A stretch of DNA of 64,000 nucleotides, taken from Patescibacteria group bacterium. GTDB taxonomy: Bacteria > Patescibacteriota > Patescibacteriia > Patescibacteriales > UBA12465. The stretch's first letter is position 1. Every line of letters begins with the position of its first letter. The notes below the pieces were generated by a model. It saw only the letters and a program-made list of their open reading frames with translations, had not been told where the DNA came from and did no database searches. This document shows positions 17,319-27,000 of the stretch, piece by piece. The translations under genes and the position numbers were made by a program. The DNA lies in assembly GCA_041671365.1 (NCBI GenBank), contig JBAZBP010000002.1, forward strand, positions 1,052-65,051. The letters are read 5' to 3'.

Positions 17319-18395
17319 TTATTTTTTTTCCTGTTGCAAGCGGTTAATTTCCTGACTGATAGTTTTATATTCAAAACTATCGGGTGCATAGTTATTTAAG
17401 ATTCCCCGTAATTCATCTATCTCCGAGACAGTTGGGGGCGTGGGGATTGGAACTGAAGTCGGAACGGAAATGGGAGGCACAGATACGGTGACGCTCTTAG
17501 TAGCACCGGACCGAACGCCCGACTTCGCCGAAGGAGCGGCTTCATCCAGAACATCAATAACTTTTTTAGTCTTTTTATTAACTTCCTGCCGATCAATCGG
17601 AAAAACCTCCCACTCTTCCAGAGGAACATTATCCATGCTTTCCGGAAAAAATGCTAAATTACGATAAAGTTTCAGTAATTTTTTAATTAAATCGCGATCA
17701 ACCTCTTTTAGGCCTTTTACATTGGAGTTGTTAGATAAATATTTAACTAAAACAATGTTACTAAATAATTCGCTGCCATTCTCAGAAATAAAATCTTTAA
17801 GCCAATTAGAAACGGTGGGGCGAACATCGCTACCGTTCAAAATAATCTTACCGGGGGTGATAATTTCTTGGTTATTGTAAAAAATATTAATAATTTTTTC
17901 TTCAATTAAATCGTCGGCCTGAAATATTTTAAAAATTGCAATATTCAACTTCTGCAAATCATCAGTCTTATCAACTTTTAAGATTTCTACTAATTTCTCG
18001 GAAAATATTTTTAACAACAATTCTTTCTCCTGTCCGGCAGTTAATTCCGTTGATTCTGACGATTCTCCTATTTCCGCTGATTCCGTCGGCTCTTCATCAG
18101 ACAAGACATCTTCAAATATATCATCAAAAACTGGATCTAAAATTTTTATTTGTATTTCCTGACTTAAATTTTTAGCTTCTGTCGGTTTCAATTTATATTT
18201 AGCCGTAACATAATCATAAATATCTTCACTGTTCAATTCGCCGATCGCCAATAAAATTATCAAAAAACTCAAGGAAACCTGATATTTTTGCTCTAATTCT
18301 TTAATTAAATTAAAAGCCGTCGCCCCGCCGATTTTTTCTTTGGCGTCACCGGGCAATTCTTGAAATTTTTCTAAACACTCTTGGATGTAAGTCAT
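17319..18395 (-). CDS. Hypothetical protein, paralogous N-terminal domain
   Basis: 358 aa. FQELPGDAKEKI...IKELEQKYQVSL...AKNLSQEIQIKI aligns with FNSLPADLRAKV...ISELEKKYRVDL...AENLTQELKQKI. Confidence 0.7.
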   Translation of the reverse strand: MTYIQECLEKFQELPGDAKEKIGGATAFNLIKELEQKYQVSLSFLIILLAIGELNSEDIYDYVTAKYKLKPTEAKNLSQEIQIKILDPVFDDIFEDVLSDEEPTESAEIGESSESTELTAGQEKELLLKIFSEKLVEILKVDKTDDLQKLNIAIFKIFQADDLIEEKIINIFYNNQEIITPGKIILNGSDVRPTVSNWLKDFISENGSELFSNIVLVKYLSNNSNVKGLKEVDRDLIKKLLKLYRNLAFFPESMDNVPLEEWEVFPIDRQEVNKKTKKVIDVLDEAAPSAKSGVRSGATKSVTVSVPPISVPTSVPIPTPPTVSEIDELRGILNNYAPDSFEYKTISQEINRLQQEKK

Positions 18396-18457
18396 AATAA
18401 TTTACCTTTCTAGGTTTCTTGGTTTCAACTATTCAACTAATTTATTGTTTCCTAAAA

Positions 18458-21400
18458 TCAAAACTCCGGTTTTAATGATTCATTCGATTTCCCGCCGGCT
18501 TTAACCGGAGCCTCGGGTTCCAACCGGGGCGGAGTTTGCGATTCTTCGGCCAAAACTTTAACTTCTAGAGGAGTCGTCGCCTTGTTGGCAATGTGTTCAT
18601 TGCTACGAGCTATTTTCTTGAGCAGAGTCGTGAGAACTATAGAATTCAAACCATCATTCTTAATCCCCAATGATTTTAATAAACCCGGAGATTTTAATTC
18701 AAAGTCCTTAAATTTTTTAGACAACTCATTAATATTTTTTTGCAATTCCTCGGTATTTAATTCTGAACTTTCTTTTTCGCTACCTTCTTTATGTTTTTCT
18801 TCAATCACGTTAGATTCTGTTTCTTTCTGACCCGATTCCTTTTTTAAAACTCTAGCCGCTTTATTTTTGCCTTCGCCCTGAACGCGTGATTTTATTTCAG
18901 TATCAATCGCCTTTATTACTTCTTCGTTAGTCATTCCCTTGTCTTTCATTCCCTTGGCTAAGCCGGCAATCTCGGTAGCATGACGACCGCCTGTTTCGGC
19001 GTTCCGCCCATAAAGCTTATTGGCCATCAAACTTTTAGCCATACCTTCGGTTAAATCTTCATCTTCTACGCCGCCTTTATGGATTTCTTCATGATAAACC
19101 GAAGTCATCTTTTCCTGACGACCATAATTTTTACTGGCCGTATTAACCAAACTTAAATTTTCAATTTCATCCGGATCAGATAAACGTCCTTTAGCTTTTT
19201 CTAATTCTGAATTACGACTATTAAAAGACTGATCATCAATTTCTCCGTTATTTTTAGCGCTAGCCAAATTAGATTGTTCGGTATTAATTTCCTGAATAAG
19301 CGCGCTGGCTATTTGCACTTTCTGTGCGCCGCTGACATTCGCCCCTTCCGCCTCCTCGTTAATATCAACTCCCTGCGCTTTTAATTTACTAAAATTAACC
19401 CCAACAATATTTTTTCCATCTATATTCTGTTTGTTATTAGCCAAGGTATTAACGGCTAATTCGCCGCTGCCTTTTTCTCCTATTTGTCCGGTCTGACGAT
19501 AAGCAATTACGCTATCATTTAAACTATCAACCGTTGCTCCTTGCATTCCGTGGGTACCATCAACCCCGCCAAGACTATTTTTACTATTAATCGCGGCAAT
19601 TAAACCGCTTAAACGACTAACATCCATACCACCTTTTTTAGCAGCGGCAATACCCTTGGCTAATCCGGTCATAGTATCTAACTCTTTGTCAGAAGACGTT
19701 CCGCTTAAACCATTAATATAATTTTGGATATGACTGATGGCCGCCGCCGAATCTGGATTATTGTTGGAAGTAAGCTGTTCCAGAAATTTTTTGGACTGAC
19801 CGCCGGCAGTGGAATAAAAAGAGGCGTAGCTGGAATCTCTTTTCATAAAAGCATCAGCTCTAGCTTGATCAAGTGAGGCATTGTGTACATTTAATTTGGC
19901 GTTAGCTATTTCTTTACTACCATTAGTCGCCGCTTTTTCAGTTGTCTCCGAAGTAAAGGCTTGAATGGAACCAGCCATTCCTCCAGCTTTTTTATACCAT
20001 TTAGAATGTTTTTCCGCTTCTTCAGCTCCGACAATATTTCCACTGGCTCGTAAAGCGGCCGCGTCCGCTTCTTTATCGGCTGACTTTCTATTAAGAAAGT
20101 TCTTAAATCTACTAACACCGAAACTGACCGCCCCTCCAACAACACCGCCAACTCCGGCACCAATAATACTTCCACCTATACCACCGCCAGCGCCAAGCGC
20201 CGCGCCAACGCTCGCTCCGTGAAAAGCCGTAGATATTTCTTTTCCGGCATCGGTCTTTAAAAAATCGCTAGTAGCCCCCATGGTTTTTTCACCCATACCG
20301 ATTTTTTCCAAAAACTTCTGTCGTTTATCGACTTTCGCTTTTTTATCTTTAGCTTTCATATCAGATCGCCAAGCCAAACCAACACCCCCAAGATCTCTTA
20401 AAGCATTGCCAGCTTTATTTCCGCCAGGCCCGCTAGCCTGATTGATTAAACTGCCAACCCCCTTGGTTGTAGCGGAGGCCAGCCCTAAACTTGTATTTCT
20501 GGCCGTGCGGCCGACCGCACCACCAACCGCCTTAGCTCTTCCAAGCGCATAAGCACCGGTAAGGGACGCTCCTTTCTGTATTTTAGACATCCCTTTCCCG
20601 GCTATGCCCCCGGCCGCTCCGCCGATTTCCGAAGAAATTTTTAGGCCGCCGACCAACATACCAATGCCAACAATAAATTTAATTAAAGCGCTGGGTGTAC
20701 CACCCACGCTCCCGACACTACTAGAGTCTTGTATCTTAGCTAAATCGGCATTTCCGTTAGTGGTCGCCGCACTAGTATCAAATTTCTGCGGATTCGCACC
20801 GGATAAAGACGCGAGCGACAACCACAAGAAAAAAGCTAAAACCGGGCCGACAATCAAATTCTTGGTAAATTCAGTCCACCACTGCGAAGCATATTTTTGA
20901 CCTCCGGGAAAAGCAGCTAAAAGGTAAGCGGCCGGAGACAAAACGACATAAATCCAAATCATCACCATGCGTATCGCCAGCATCGCCGTCATGGTAATAA
21001 TTACGACAATCGCTACCAGCAAATAAATAATTCCTAAAACGTAGGCCCCGACAGCCGTCCCGGCGGCACTGTTAGACATCTGGACAATCGTAGTAATACC
21101 CAGCATATCGGTTAAATTGGCGCCGCCGACATCTTTAAAAGCATTAACAAAAGTCAGCATTACCACCTGAGCCACATCAATCAAAAGACCGCAAATTGTT
21201 TTAGAAAAATTAATCAGGATCGCCATTAAAATCAATTTTGGCAGCCATTTTTTATAATTATAATTTTCGAGGTGTAAAATCGTTCCGAAAGCAATAATCA
21301 TTAAAATCACCACAAAAAACATATTACAAATATCACGCACAATCACCCAGCCCAATAAGACAGCCTGAGCATCGATAAAATGTTGCTGTTCGGCAATAAA

Positions 21401-21595
21401 GACCAAACCCTGAATAACCAAAACCAAAATGAGACCAAGGGCCCAAACAAAAATACTAAGTAAACCGGTAAGAACGCTCTCCGCCCAGCTCTCAAAAATA
21501 CCTGCTGCCGCATAATGCCCAATAAAGAAAGATCCGATTATTAAAAATAGCGGGAGGACCAAAAATACTATTTTTTTGTGTTGAATTGACTTCAT
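18458..21595 (-). CDS. VirB6/TrbL-like polytopic membrane protein fused to a ~700-aa hydrophilic Gly-rich C-terminal region
   Basis: 1045 aa with roughly 7-8 hydrophobic helices in the first ~330 aa. The hydrophilic tail contains VYHEEIHKG (HExxH). Confidence 0.7.
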   Translation of the reverse strand: MKSIQHKKIVFLVLPLFLIIGSFFIGHYAAAGIFESWAESVLTGLLSIFVWALGLILVLVIQGLVFIAEQQHFIDAQAVLLGWVIVRDICNMFFVVILMIIAFGTILHLENYNYKKWLPKLILMAILINFSKTICGLLIDVAQVVMLTFVNAFKDVGGANLTDMLGITTIVQMSNSAAGTAVGAYVLGIIYLLVAIVVIITMTAMLAIRMVMIWIYVVLSPAAYLLAAFPGGQKYASQWWTEFTKNLIVGPVLAFFLWLSLASLSGANPQKFDTSAATTNGNADLAKIQDSSSVGSVGGTPSALIKFIVGIGMLVGGLKISSEIGGAAGGIAGKGMSKIQKGASLTGAYALGRAKAVGGAVGRTARNTSLGLASATTKGVGSLINQASGPGGNKAGNALRDLGGVGLAWRSDMKAKDKKAKVDKRQKFLEKIGMGEKTMGATSDFLKTDAGKEISTAFHGASVGAALGAGGGIGGSIIGAGVGGVVGGAVSFGVSRFKNFLNRKSADKEADAAALRASGNIVGAEEAEKHSKWYKKAGGMAGSIQAFTSETTEKAATNGSKEIANAKLNVHNASLDQARADAFMKRDSSYASFYSTAGGQSKKFLEQLTSNNNPDSAAAISHIQNYINGLSGTSSDKELDTMTGLAKGIAAAKKGGMDVSRLSGLIAAINSKNSLGGVDGTHGMQGATVDSLNDSVIAYRQTGQIGEKGSGELAVNTLANNKQNIDGKNIVGVNFSKLKAQGVDINEEAEGANVSGAQKVQIASALIQEINTEQSNLASAKNNGEIDDQSFNSRNSELEKAKGRLSDPDEIENLSLVNTASKNYGRQEKMTSVYHEEIHKGGVEDEDLTEGMAKSLMANKLYGRNAETGGRHATEIAGLAKGMKDKGMTNEEVIKAIDTEIKSRVQGEGKNKAARVLKKESGQKETESNVIEEKHKEGSEKESSELNTEELQKNINELSKKFKDFELKSPGLLKSLGIKNDGLNSIVLTTLLKKIARSNEHIANKATTPLEVKVLAEESQTPPRLEPEAPVKAGGKSNESLKPEF

Positions 21596-21630
21596 GCCAA
21601 TTTATTTAACTTATTTTAAAATATTATTGT

Positions 21631-22323
21631 TTACTTGGGTGAAAATAATTTTTTGATAGCATCCAGGGCGACCGAAGCTATACTAATGGGATTGGTGACG
21701 GCATTAACTAACATCGCCACTAGAACAAAAAAGAAAAAAATAAGAGCTAGAGCTAAAGTATCAAGCAGGGCTAATAACATTCCCTCGACGAGACCGGTCA
21801 TTTTGTTTACCTTTCCTTCTCCGCCGAACGCCGGCGGTAAACTGCTGACCCATTCCTCGCCTAATTTACAAAACAAATTATTTCCTAAAACCATCCCTAG
21901 AAAAACATGAATATTTATCCAAATCAGCGTTAAACCAAAGCTATCAATTATATTCAACCAGCACTGCTGTAAAAAACTACCGGTAGCTTTATTAGCGGCG
22001 GCGGTTACAACCTTAGGCAGAGCGCCAGCTATTCCCGCTTCTTTGGTTTTTTTCTCCGTTTTAGCCGCTTGGACGGTGGCTTTAAAACCATGGGGCTGAG
22101 CAGAATTATTATTTTTCGCTCCGCCGCGCTGAGCCTCTTTTAACGCCCCGACTTTTTCCGCACTACTAGAATTATTCTGATTTAATAACTGCTCATCGGG
22201 ATTCATACCGTTTAAAATAAACCTTTTCTTTATGTTAAAATTATACACTAAAATAAACAGAAAGGCAAAATAGAAAAACACTTTTTTAAGATAATAAAAA
22301 AACCTACAAGTCCCGAGTTTCAA
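21631..22323 (-). CDS. Membrane protein, unknown function; the true start is probably ATG 22206
   Basis: 230-aa track ORF. Its first 39 codons overlap the terminator hairpin at 22296-22357, so MNPDEQLL... (191 aa) is the likelier product. It has C-terminal TM helices. Confidence 0.55.
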   Translation of the reverse strand: MKLGTCRFFYYLKKVFFYFAFLFILVYNFNIKKRFILNGMNPDEQLLNQNNSSSAEKVGALKEAQRGGAKNNNSAQPHGFKATVQAAKTEKKTKEAGIAGALPKVVTAAANKATGSFLQQCWLNIIDSFGLTLIWINIHVFLGMVLGNNLFCKLGEEWVSSLPPAFGGEGKVNKMTGLVEGMLLALLDTLALALIFFFFVLVAMLVNAVTNPISIASVALDAIKKLFSPK

Positions 22324-22357
22324 GCGCTCATAACGCTTGAGACTGGGGATTGTAGGA
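22296..22357 (-). terminator. Intrinsic terminator after the T9SS-CTD gene
   Basis: Long imperfect hairpin cctacaagtcccgagtttcaagcg...cgcttgagactggggattgtagg, followed on the minus strand by a U7 run (A7 at 22296-22302). Confidence 0.7.
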
Positions 22358-22376
22358 TTAAGCGGCCGAGAGAATT

Positions 22377-23846
22377 TTATTTCAGCACGGTCATTTTTTT
22401 AGTAGCGGAGAAACTATAATTATCTACACTTATTCGATAGAAATAGGTTCCGCTCGCAAGTTGGCCGGCACTAACTTTTTGGTTATACATGCCGGCTTTG
22501 AGCTCTTCGTTTATCGGGATGGAGACAACCCGACCGAAGAGATCATAAATTTTTAGAGTCACGAATCCATCTTTAGGAACAGAGAAACTGATGGTCGTGC
22601 TGGGATTGAAGGGGTTCGGATAGTTTTGAGATAACGAAAAATCTTGAGGAATATTCGGCTTTTCGGTCTTGACGGCGGTAACGCCATCGATTTTGTATTT
22701 CCAGATCCGGCTGCTTTTATAGTCATTAACAAATCCGGCTAATAACAGATAGTTTTCTTTGTCCCATTTACCCACACCAAGCCATGAAATGGTATATTGC
22801 GCTCTTATTATATTTGTTCTAATTTTCCATAAAATCTCACCCTGATTACCAAATGCTATCGCGATCGGCTCTATCCAGCCGGGACTATAACCTGGATCGT
22901 TCATGTCTTGACCGGAAGCCGTTGAAGATCCAATAACTATGCAGCCGCCGGTCGGTAATTCGACAATATCCGATACATACATTTCTATATAATTAATCGG
23001 AGAGTAGTCACCATCCCAAGTGGTTGACCAGATTTTATTTCCGGAGGTGTCCATTTTTTCGATATACCAAAGGGCGGTCGGAAAATTATAGGAATATACT
23101 CTTGCGGCGTAATACATATTTGCTCCTTGAAGACAAATTTGCCCATTCTGATGATTTAAATAACTTTTAGACCAGATTTTATTTCCGTTTAAGTCATATT
23201 TAACAACGTTTGTACTGCCATAACCGGCCTGGATATAGTTTGCAGTATAAAGATTACTCTCGTTAACCGCCCAAACATTATAATCTTCTGCCAGTTCAAT
23301 CGAAAATGATCGATTTAAGGTTAGGTCATTATTATAAACATAAACTTGTGAAAGATTAGTGTGGTCAATTAAGCCAATTTGATCTCCCACAAAATAATTA
23401 TTCGAATTTTTTTTGATATTTAGGGTACCGATCCAATTCGTCGGCACATCTACTTTCTTTAATAGCTCACCTTGCTGACTATATTTACTTATAGTTTTTT
23501 TAGTGGCCACAAGAAACCTGTCTTCATTATTTAGATCAATGATATTATTATATATTAACCCGCGAGTCATGCTAGGTAAAGAATCTAAATAATTTTTTTT
23601 CCAATTTTTTAGACCATTCGAGTTAAAAGAATAAATAGACTTCCATTCTTCAAAGTAGCTGTTTCTACATATTGCAATATAGTTATTTTGTTTAGTAACG
23701 GATAATGAAAAAATTTCTTGTGGTGCTCCTGAACTATCATCCATAACCATCTCGGAAACTAATTCCGGCACAACTTGTCCCATAGTTATAGGACCTAGAA
23801 AAAATAACAGACAAACTGTCATGACATGAGCATATAGATTTTTCAT
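22377..23846 (-). CDS. Secreted repeat (beta-propeller-like) protein with a C-terminal T9SS type A sorting domain
   Basis: 489 aa with a signal peptide. The C-terminal SQNYPNPFNPSTTISFSVPKDGFVTLKIYDLFGRVV...LASGTYFYRISVDNYSFSATKKMTVLK matches the Por_Secre_tail consensus. Confidence 0.85.
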   Translation of the reverse strand: MKNLYAHVMTVCLLFFLGPITMGQVVPELVSEMVMDDSSGAPQEIFSLSVTKQNNYIAICRNSYFEEWKSIYSFNSNGLKNWKKNYLDSLPSMTRGLIYNNIIDLNNEDRFLVATKKTISKYSQQGELLKKVDVPTNWIGTLNIKKNSNNYFVGDQIGLIDHTNLSQVYVYNNDLTLNRSFSIELAEDYNVWAVNESNLYTANYIQAGYGSTNVVKYDLNGNKIWSKSYLNHQNGQICLQGANMYYAARVYSYNFPTALWYIEKMDTSGNKIWSTTWDGDYSPINYIEMYVSDIVELPTGGCIVIGSSTASGQDMNDPGYSPGWIEPIAIAFGNQGEILWKIRTNIIRAQYTISWLGVGKWDKENYLLLAGFVNDYKSSRIWKYKIDGVTAVKTEKPNIPQDFSLSQNYPNPFNPSTTISFSVPKDGFVTLKIYDLFGRVVSIPINEELKAGMYNQKVSAGQLASGTYFYRISVDNYSFSATKKMTVLK

Positions 23847-23904
23847 GATTTACTCCATTGATTGATTAAATTGTTAAGGTTCATTATTTATTAATTTAAT
23901 CAAC

Positions 23905-23932
23905 TATATAACAAATAATGGTATTCCGTCAA
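23905..23932 (-). promoter_or_regulatory. Candidate sigma70-type promoter for the T9SS-CTD gene
   Basis: Minus strand reads TTGACG, a 16-nt spacer, then TATATA. GGAG lies 8 nt before the ATG. Confidence 0.4.
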
Positions 23933-23950
23933 GGGTTGCGTGATTAGGAA

Positions 23951-23976
23951 AAGACTGTCGAGCAATCAACAGTCTT
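23951..23976 (-). terminator. Hairpin after the giant gene
   Basis: aagactgt / acagtctt, an 8-bp stem with a weak T tract. Confidence 0.35.
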
Positions 23977-24008
23977 AAAAATAAAAAATTTAGTATTTCA
24001 TTATTACC

Positions 24009-27000
24009 CTACTGACTTCCAGTAAAACCCCAGTTGTCAGTAGTGGTAGCGTGCACTGCCGTATCCGGTATTTTTAAATAATTATGATAAAAAATATGCG
24101 GAGATGAGGTGGCCGGGGCATTATCTTGATTAGTAATTGTTTGTATCTTACCGTCTCCCCAATCAATGTCAATACTTTTTAGGGGTTGCTGTTCCGGATC
24201 GACAATACTATTAAATTCTAAACGGTACCAACCCTTGGACGTAGCTTTATTCCCGGTAATCGGCGTAACGTTATTGCCATTATTATCATTAGAGTATAAA
24301 TGAAAATTAAAAATAGTAGGATAGACGGAACAAAAGGCTTTTAAACATGAGTTTGAATCAACACAGTTAGGCCGAACATTATTCGGCAGTCCTGTATCAG
24401 AAGTAATACAATGCGGAGGCGTAAAACTATAATCGGCGCCGTTATTGCCTTGTAGAAATATATTCTTTAATATATTTTTATAAGGAAGTAGTGATGGAGT
24501 ATTTATTAATGGGTAAGCTCTTGTCCAAAGCGGCTGGCACGTGCCCAATCCGGTGCCACAACTCTGAGCAATAAAAAAGTCAGAGTCAAAGGAGGTCATG
24601 GTAGCGCTGCTTGAGGCAACACAATAAGTATTAGGTCCATTTGGCTCAACCGTACAAGATCCAATAAGACCACAACTTTTGCTGTTGCTGCAACCATAAG
24701 GTCTACCTTGATTAGATCCATAAGATCCAAAAGGAAAAGTATTAATATCTGATTCATACTTCATTAAATTATAAGGTGTAGCAAAAAAATGAAAAAATGG
24801 GGGAGTAGAGGTAGGATAAGAGTCAATATTTTTAACTCTTTCAACCCAGGCCTTATTATTACCCATATCATCAACTACTTGAACAGATTTGTCCTGATAA
24901 TTCAATTTAAAATTTTTAAGTAACGTTAAATCAGTTTCAGCGGACGGCAACGGATTTTTAGTATAATCATAAATGCGAATGGGTTGTAACCCGTCACTAA
25001 CAGTCTCACCTAAAGTTTTTTCTACGTTATTTAAACCGTCATAAACATACCAACCATTAGAGCTTTGACTAGGCAAAGTAAGGGTAAGCCAAAAATTTAA
25101 ACTAACGTGTTCATTAAAATATTCATAGTCTTTTGTGAGTTGAGCATCTTGTAAGTTTAAACTTTTTATCCCGACCGAAGTAAAATCAAATGTGCGCTGT
25201 AGACTGGTACTATGGGTAGCTTCAACGGTAACCTTTGAATTTGTCTTTGGTATACACCATTCAAAATAACAACAATTATTATCATTTGTACAATTAAACT
25301 TATAATAGAAATTAAAATAATTAGAATCACCCTGACAACTTGCAAGATCTTGTGGTCTCCCATTTAAATTCGTATTATCCCCTTCTGGATCCCAGCATTT
25401 TCCACCCTCTTGTTTTGCATAATATAAATAAGCCTCTCTCTTCTCCACCAAGTCAAAATTACCGCTCACTTCCGTGGCGTAACTAAGAGGAGTAGGACCA
25501 TGATAACCATTAGACTTAAAATTATTTGTCGGAACATTGTCCATCGGATACCACAGCAAACAAACGCTGGGATTGGCCGGATCATGCTCTAAGCAATAAC
25601 CTTCTAGGCCTGACGTAATTGTATTCTTATTTTTACTGACGCAAGTTAGGCTATCGCCCGTCGGATATAAACGGCACTCCGACGCAACATATTTATCATT
25701 AGAAATTTTTAAAACAGGCTCAATCTTTATATCGTCAAAATAAACCGGACTAGTACCGGGCGCACCATCATGACTAACTTTAACTTGAATACCGGCAATA
25801 TTCGTCAAAGTAAACCGATGTATTTCTCTGGTCCAATCCAGTCCGGAAATGGATGAAAACGTTTTAATCGGAGCACCGGAAGCGTTAGTAATCGTAACTT
25901 GCGCTTCCGCACCATTAGATTTTTTTGTATTAACTAAATAGTTAATAAAATAGTCCCCGGAAGTGATAGCTAAATCTGAGGAAACTCCTAATGTATATTC
26001 TTTTCCTAGCGGCACCATTAAATAAGTCTTGCCGTGCGCCGGGTGGTCGGTCCCGTATGAGTCGGCAACATCGGGATTATCAATTAGACAACGATCACTA
26101 TTATTTGACGAAGTGCAAGGACAAGGCTTTGTGGCACAAGTTGTTAGGTCTGGTTTATCTTCAAAATCGCCATTCGAAACCGTCAGTTTTCGGCCCACCA
26201 CCTCCATCTGCCCCAAATTATAATTATTATAAAGAGAATAACCGGTAGCATTACCATCGACCGCCGTCGTCGTGGTTCCCGTCAGCGGAGTCGTATAATT
26301 ATTACATTCACCCTGATTGTCTAAACTATTGCATTCGTTATAGGCATAGCAAGTTTTTTTCTTGGTTATTGGATCCTGAGTATAAGAAGTGCAGCTCAAC
26401 CAGCGCGAACAAACCCGATTTGGACTGACTTTAATAACCTCATTGGCAGTGCAAGAATTGCCGCTGCAAGAACTCGGAACAAGCGGATTGGGATCATTAG
26501 TCGCCCGGTTATTAGTCGCGTAAGCGTCATAGTCTAAGCCGGTTAAACCGCTCGCCCCGCTAACGCCGCGTTCATTAAATAAAACACAACCATTGTTAAA
26601 TTGGGCTTGTTTGGTGCAACTGGTTTTATCTATCTTACTCTGCAACTGATAATCAACAGCTAGTTCTCTAACCTCAATCGTGCGACCGATAGCTCCGCCG
26701 GATAAACGCGTCGAAGTGGCTTCTAAAGAATCAAAAATAACCGGAACATTAGTCGTCGTAGCAGCGGCCAAACTGGTCGTTGCCGCGCCAAAATTATTAT
26801 CACTTAATAATTGCCGAACAGACACCGTAAAATCTAATATAACTCCGCTGCCGCTGCCGTTCGTAACATTTAAACTATAAAGTTTATAGGGCTCTAAGGC
26901 GATAACTTGCTGCGTGGGTGTTAGCGTGGACGACCATGCTCCAAGACTAACGTCTCCCCAACCCTCGGTTCCTTCAGTTGTCGTTGTAAAACTGGGATTG

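Noticed and set aside
17309-17389. Upstream start for the Pro-rich gene
   Set aside because: It would overlap the 3' end of the upstream paralog by 71 nt. The alignment of the two paralogs' N-termini supports ATG 17308.
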